A DNA stretch of 63,728 nucleotides, counting the filler, from Hyphochytrium catenoides (lineage: Eukaryota; Protista; Hyphochytriomycota): assembly GCA_900088475.1 (NCBI GenBank). It is 10 parts of 10 records of this genome, joined end to end, with 100 filler letters (N's around TTAATTAATTAA, not from the genome) between each part and the next. Parts side by side here need not be neighbours in the genome. Positions count along the whole stretch, not along the records: positions 46,799 to 63,728 come from FLMG01004478.1; 9 more parts are not named here. One strand, given 5' to 3'. Made by a program: the position numbers and the translations under genes. The notes beneath the pieces are model-generated. The model was given only the letters and a program-made list of their open reading frames with translations, searched no databases and had not been told where the DNA came from. Of this stretch, positions 61,975 to 63,728 are shown in pieces. Positions within the stretch are counted from its first letter, which is position 1. Each line of letters begins with the position of its first letter.

Positions 61975-63728
61975 TTTTTTGTTATCTTTCCTGCTACCAC
62001 AGCTGCGTACTATCCCTCTCTTTCCTACTGTCTCTCTCTCTCTCTCTCTATCTATCTATCCTACACACTCACACCCGCAAATAGGCGCTCTGTCGCGTAC
62101 ACAGAGCGTTCTCGCTACCTCTCTCTCTCTCTATCACTCTCTTCCTTCCTACTCTCTTTCCTTTCATTCTCCGTCGCTGGCTCTTACCGGCAAAAAAAGC
62201 GAATCGAACAGCTCGTTTTCCTCTGTTAAAACTGAGCGAGTTGGCTCTGGTGAGGGAAAAGTGTGCCAGAGTCGCAAAGACAAATATGCTTGCGACGGTG
62301 GCTAAGAGCTGGACAAAGAGCGTCATCTGCAGAACGACAACAAGCAGATGATAAGGACCCAGAGAGAAGAAAGGAAAAGGGCAAGCAATAGCGGAGAAAT
62401 CACAGTTTCTACCGTTGTCCTCACTATAACGTCTCGTTCTCCTTCCCTTTAGCAAAGTTACCGGAGGAGCCTCTCTCCTTCTCTATCTCTCCTTCCCCTA
62501 TGTCTTCTCTATTCAAGTGCGCTTTTCTCTCTTTCTCCCTCTCTCGTCTCGCTCACGTATTTCTTCCTTTCTTTCTATCTTTCTCTCATTCGTTCTCTCT
62601 TTCCATCACTTTCTTTCCTTTCTCTCTAATCTCAAGTCCGAGAGTACTTCTCCAGCACCTATCACGGTCTCAATCAACGAATCATTGTGTCTCTCTTTCT
62701 CTCTCTCTCTTCTTCTTCCCACCTGCAGGTAAAGACCACATAGCATCTCAGTGGCGAGACACTGGTAATATTGACTCTTTCCTGTCTCGAGTTCACAGCT
62801 GCTAGAGTAGAACCGGTCTCCTCCCAGTGAGTAATCCTTGGCAGAGCTAATGAGGACGAGAGAGAGAGAGAGAGGAAGGGTAGAGGTGATTCACAAGCGA
62901 AGAGGAAGTGAGAGACCAGAGAGCCGGAAGCCACATATAAAGGAAAAGGGAGAGACAAAAGGAAGGAGCCAGACATTTAGAGGAGAGAGTGAGAGAGAGA
63001 GAGAGAGAGAGAGTGGCAGGAACACACTACCGAGGCAGTGAACTGACCACAGAGGGACAGACAGAGAGAGAACGAGGTAGAGAAGGAGACTGAAGGAACC
63101 AACTTGGATCGTCTTGAAAGGGGGAGAAGAGCTAGTCGAGACTGCTTAAATGCAAAAAGGCAGACCACAGAGTGGCTGCTCCTTTCCTCCCACCCTTCCT
63201 CTTCTCTCTCTCCCTTGTCTCTCTCCTTGTCGGACTCTCTCTCTCCGTATCTCTATAGAAACCTGTTTTTCACGCCGGGGCTCGTTTCCTGCCTTCCTTG
63301 TGCCCTCGAAAGCTTCCTTTTATAACTACCAGGTCCATTGTTTTCTTCGTTTTTATGCGTTTTAACGTCTCTCTCTCTTTCTATCTCTCTCTCTCTCTTC
63401 TCTCTCTCTCCCTCTCTCTTCCTCCAATCTCCCCTCCTCACTCTAACTCTCTTCTCCTTACCAGGCCGGAGCGTCTTTCCATCCATTGATACTTCTCTCT
63501 CCTGTCTGAAGATCAAGCCTGACATAACCCCAGAGTCCGATTTGGAGCTGCGGCACCTCGGCGTGGAGGGAGGAGGAAGAGAGAGCCCAGCGTGGGAGAA
63601 GAGTGGAGAGAAGGAAGGCTACCATGGACCCAGTCGCATAGATTAACACTACACGAGGAACATTGAGGGAGCCGGCGAGCGAGGAGAGGAGAGAGTGAGA
63701 GACAAAGAGAGGGAAGAGAGAGAGAGAG

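Noticed and set aside
62285-63646. Plus-strand gene at the window end
   Set aside because: Candidate exons (~62729-62764, ~63465-63646) have splice signals but no identifiable product, so support is insufficient.
1-63728. tRNA, rRNA or snRNA genes
   Set aside because: No cloverleaf or recognisable structural RNA was seen by eye; a tRNAscan-SE or Infernal run would be needed to exclude them.

Overview
Eukaryotic, intron-rich DNA, probably from a protist or alga (inferred; not prokaryotic). The window is artificial. Ten unrelated scaffolds are joined by nine 100-bp N44-TTAATTAATTAA-N44 linkers (pieces 1-7964, 8065-14596, 14697-16092, 16193-20521, 20622-22470, 22571-26613, 26714-41107, 41208-45084, 45185-46698, 46799-63728), so adjacency across linkers means nothing. 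Most short ORFs in the supplied track are (GA)n/(CT)n microsatellite noise. Recognisable spliced genes: Vms1/ANKZF1, a TruA pseudouridine synthase, a PlsC/GPAT-type acyltransferase (5' part), a USP10-like deubiquitinase, a Dsc3/DUF2407 protein, a BTB-ankyrin-FYVE protein, a CTL/SLC44 transporter, a bacterial-type soluble transhydrogenase (SthA) and SPF30/SMNDC1 with two Tudor domains. Also present are two convergent intronless Kazal inhibitor genes, a dead Ty1/copia fragment and a decaying ~112-bp A/B satellite. The most interesting signals are three. (1) An intronless array of near-identical 216-bp units, each encoding two 36-aa PPR motifs, with variation recurring at the RNA-recognition code positions (TALE-like). 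(2) Many introns with a GA-rich 5' half and a CT-rich 3' half that could fold back on themselves. (3) An intron-containing SthA with a possible mitochondrial presequence. Exon coordinates were read by eye and are approximate.
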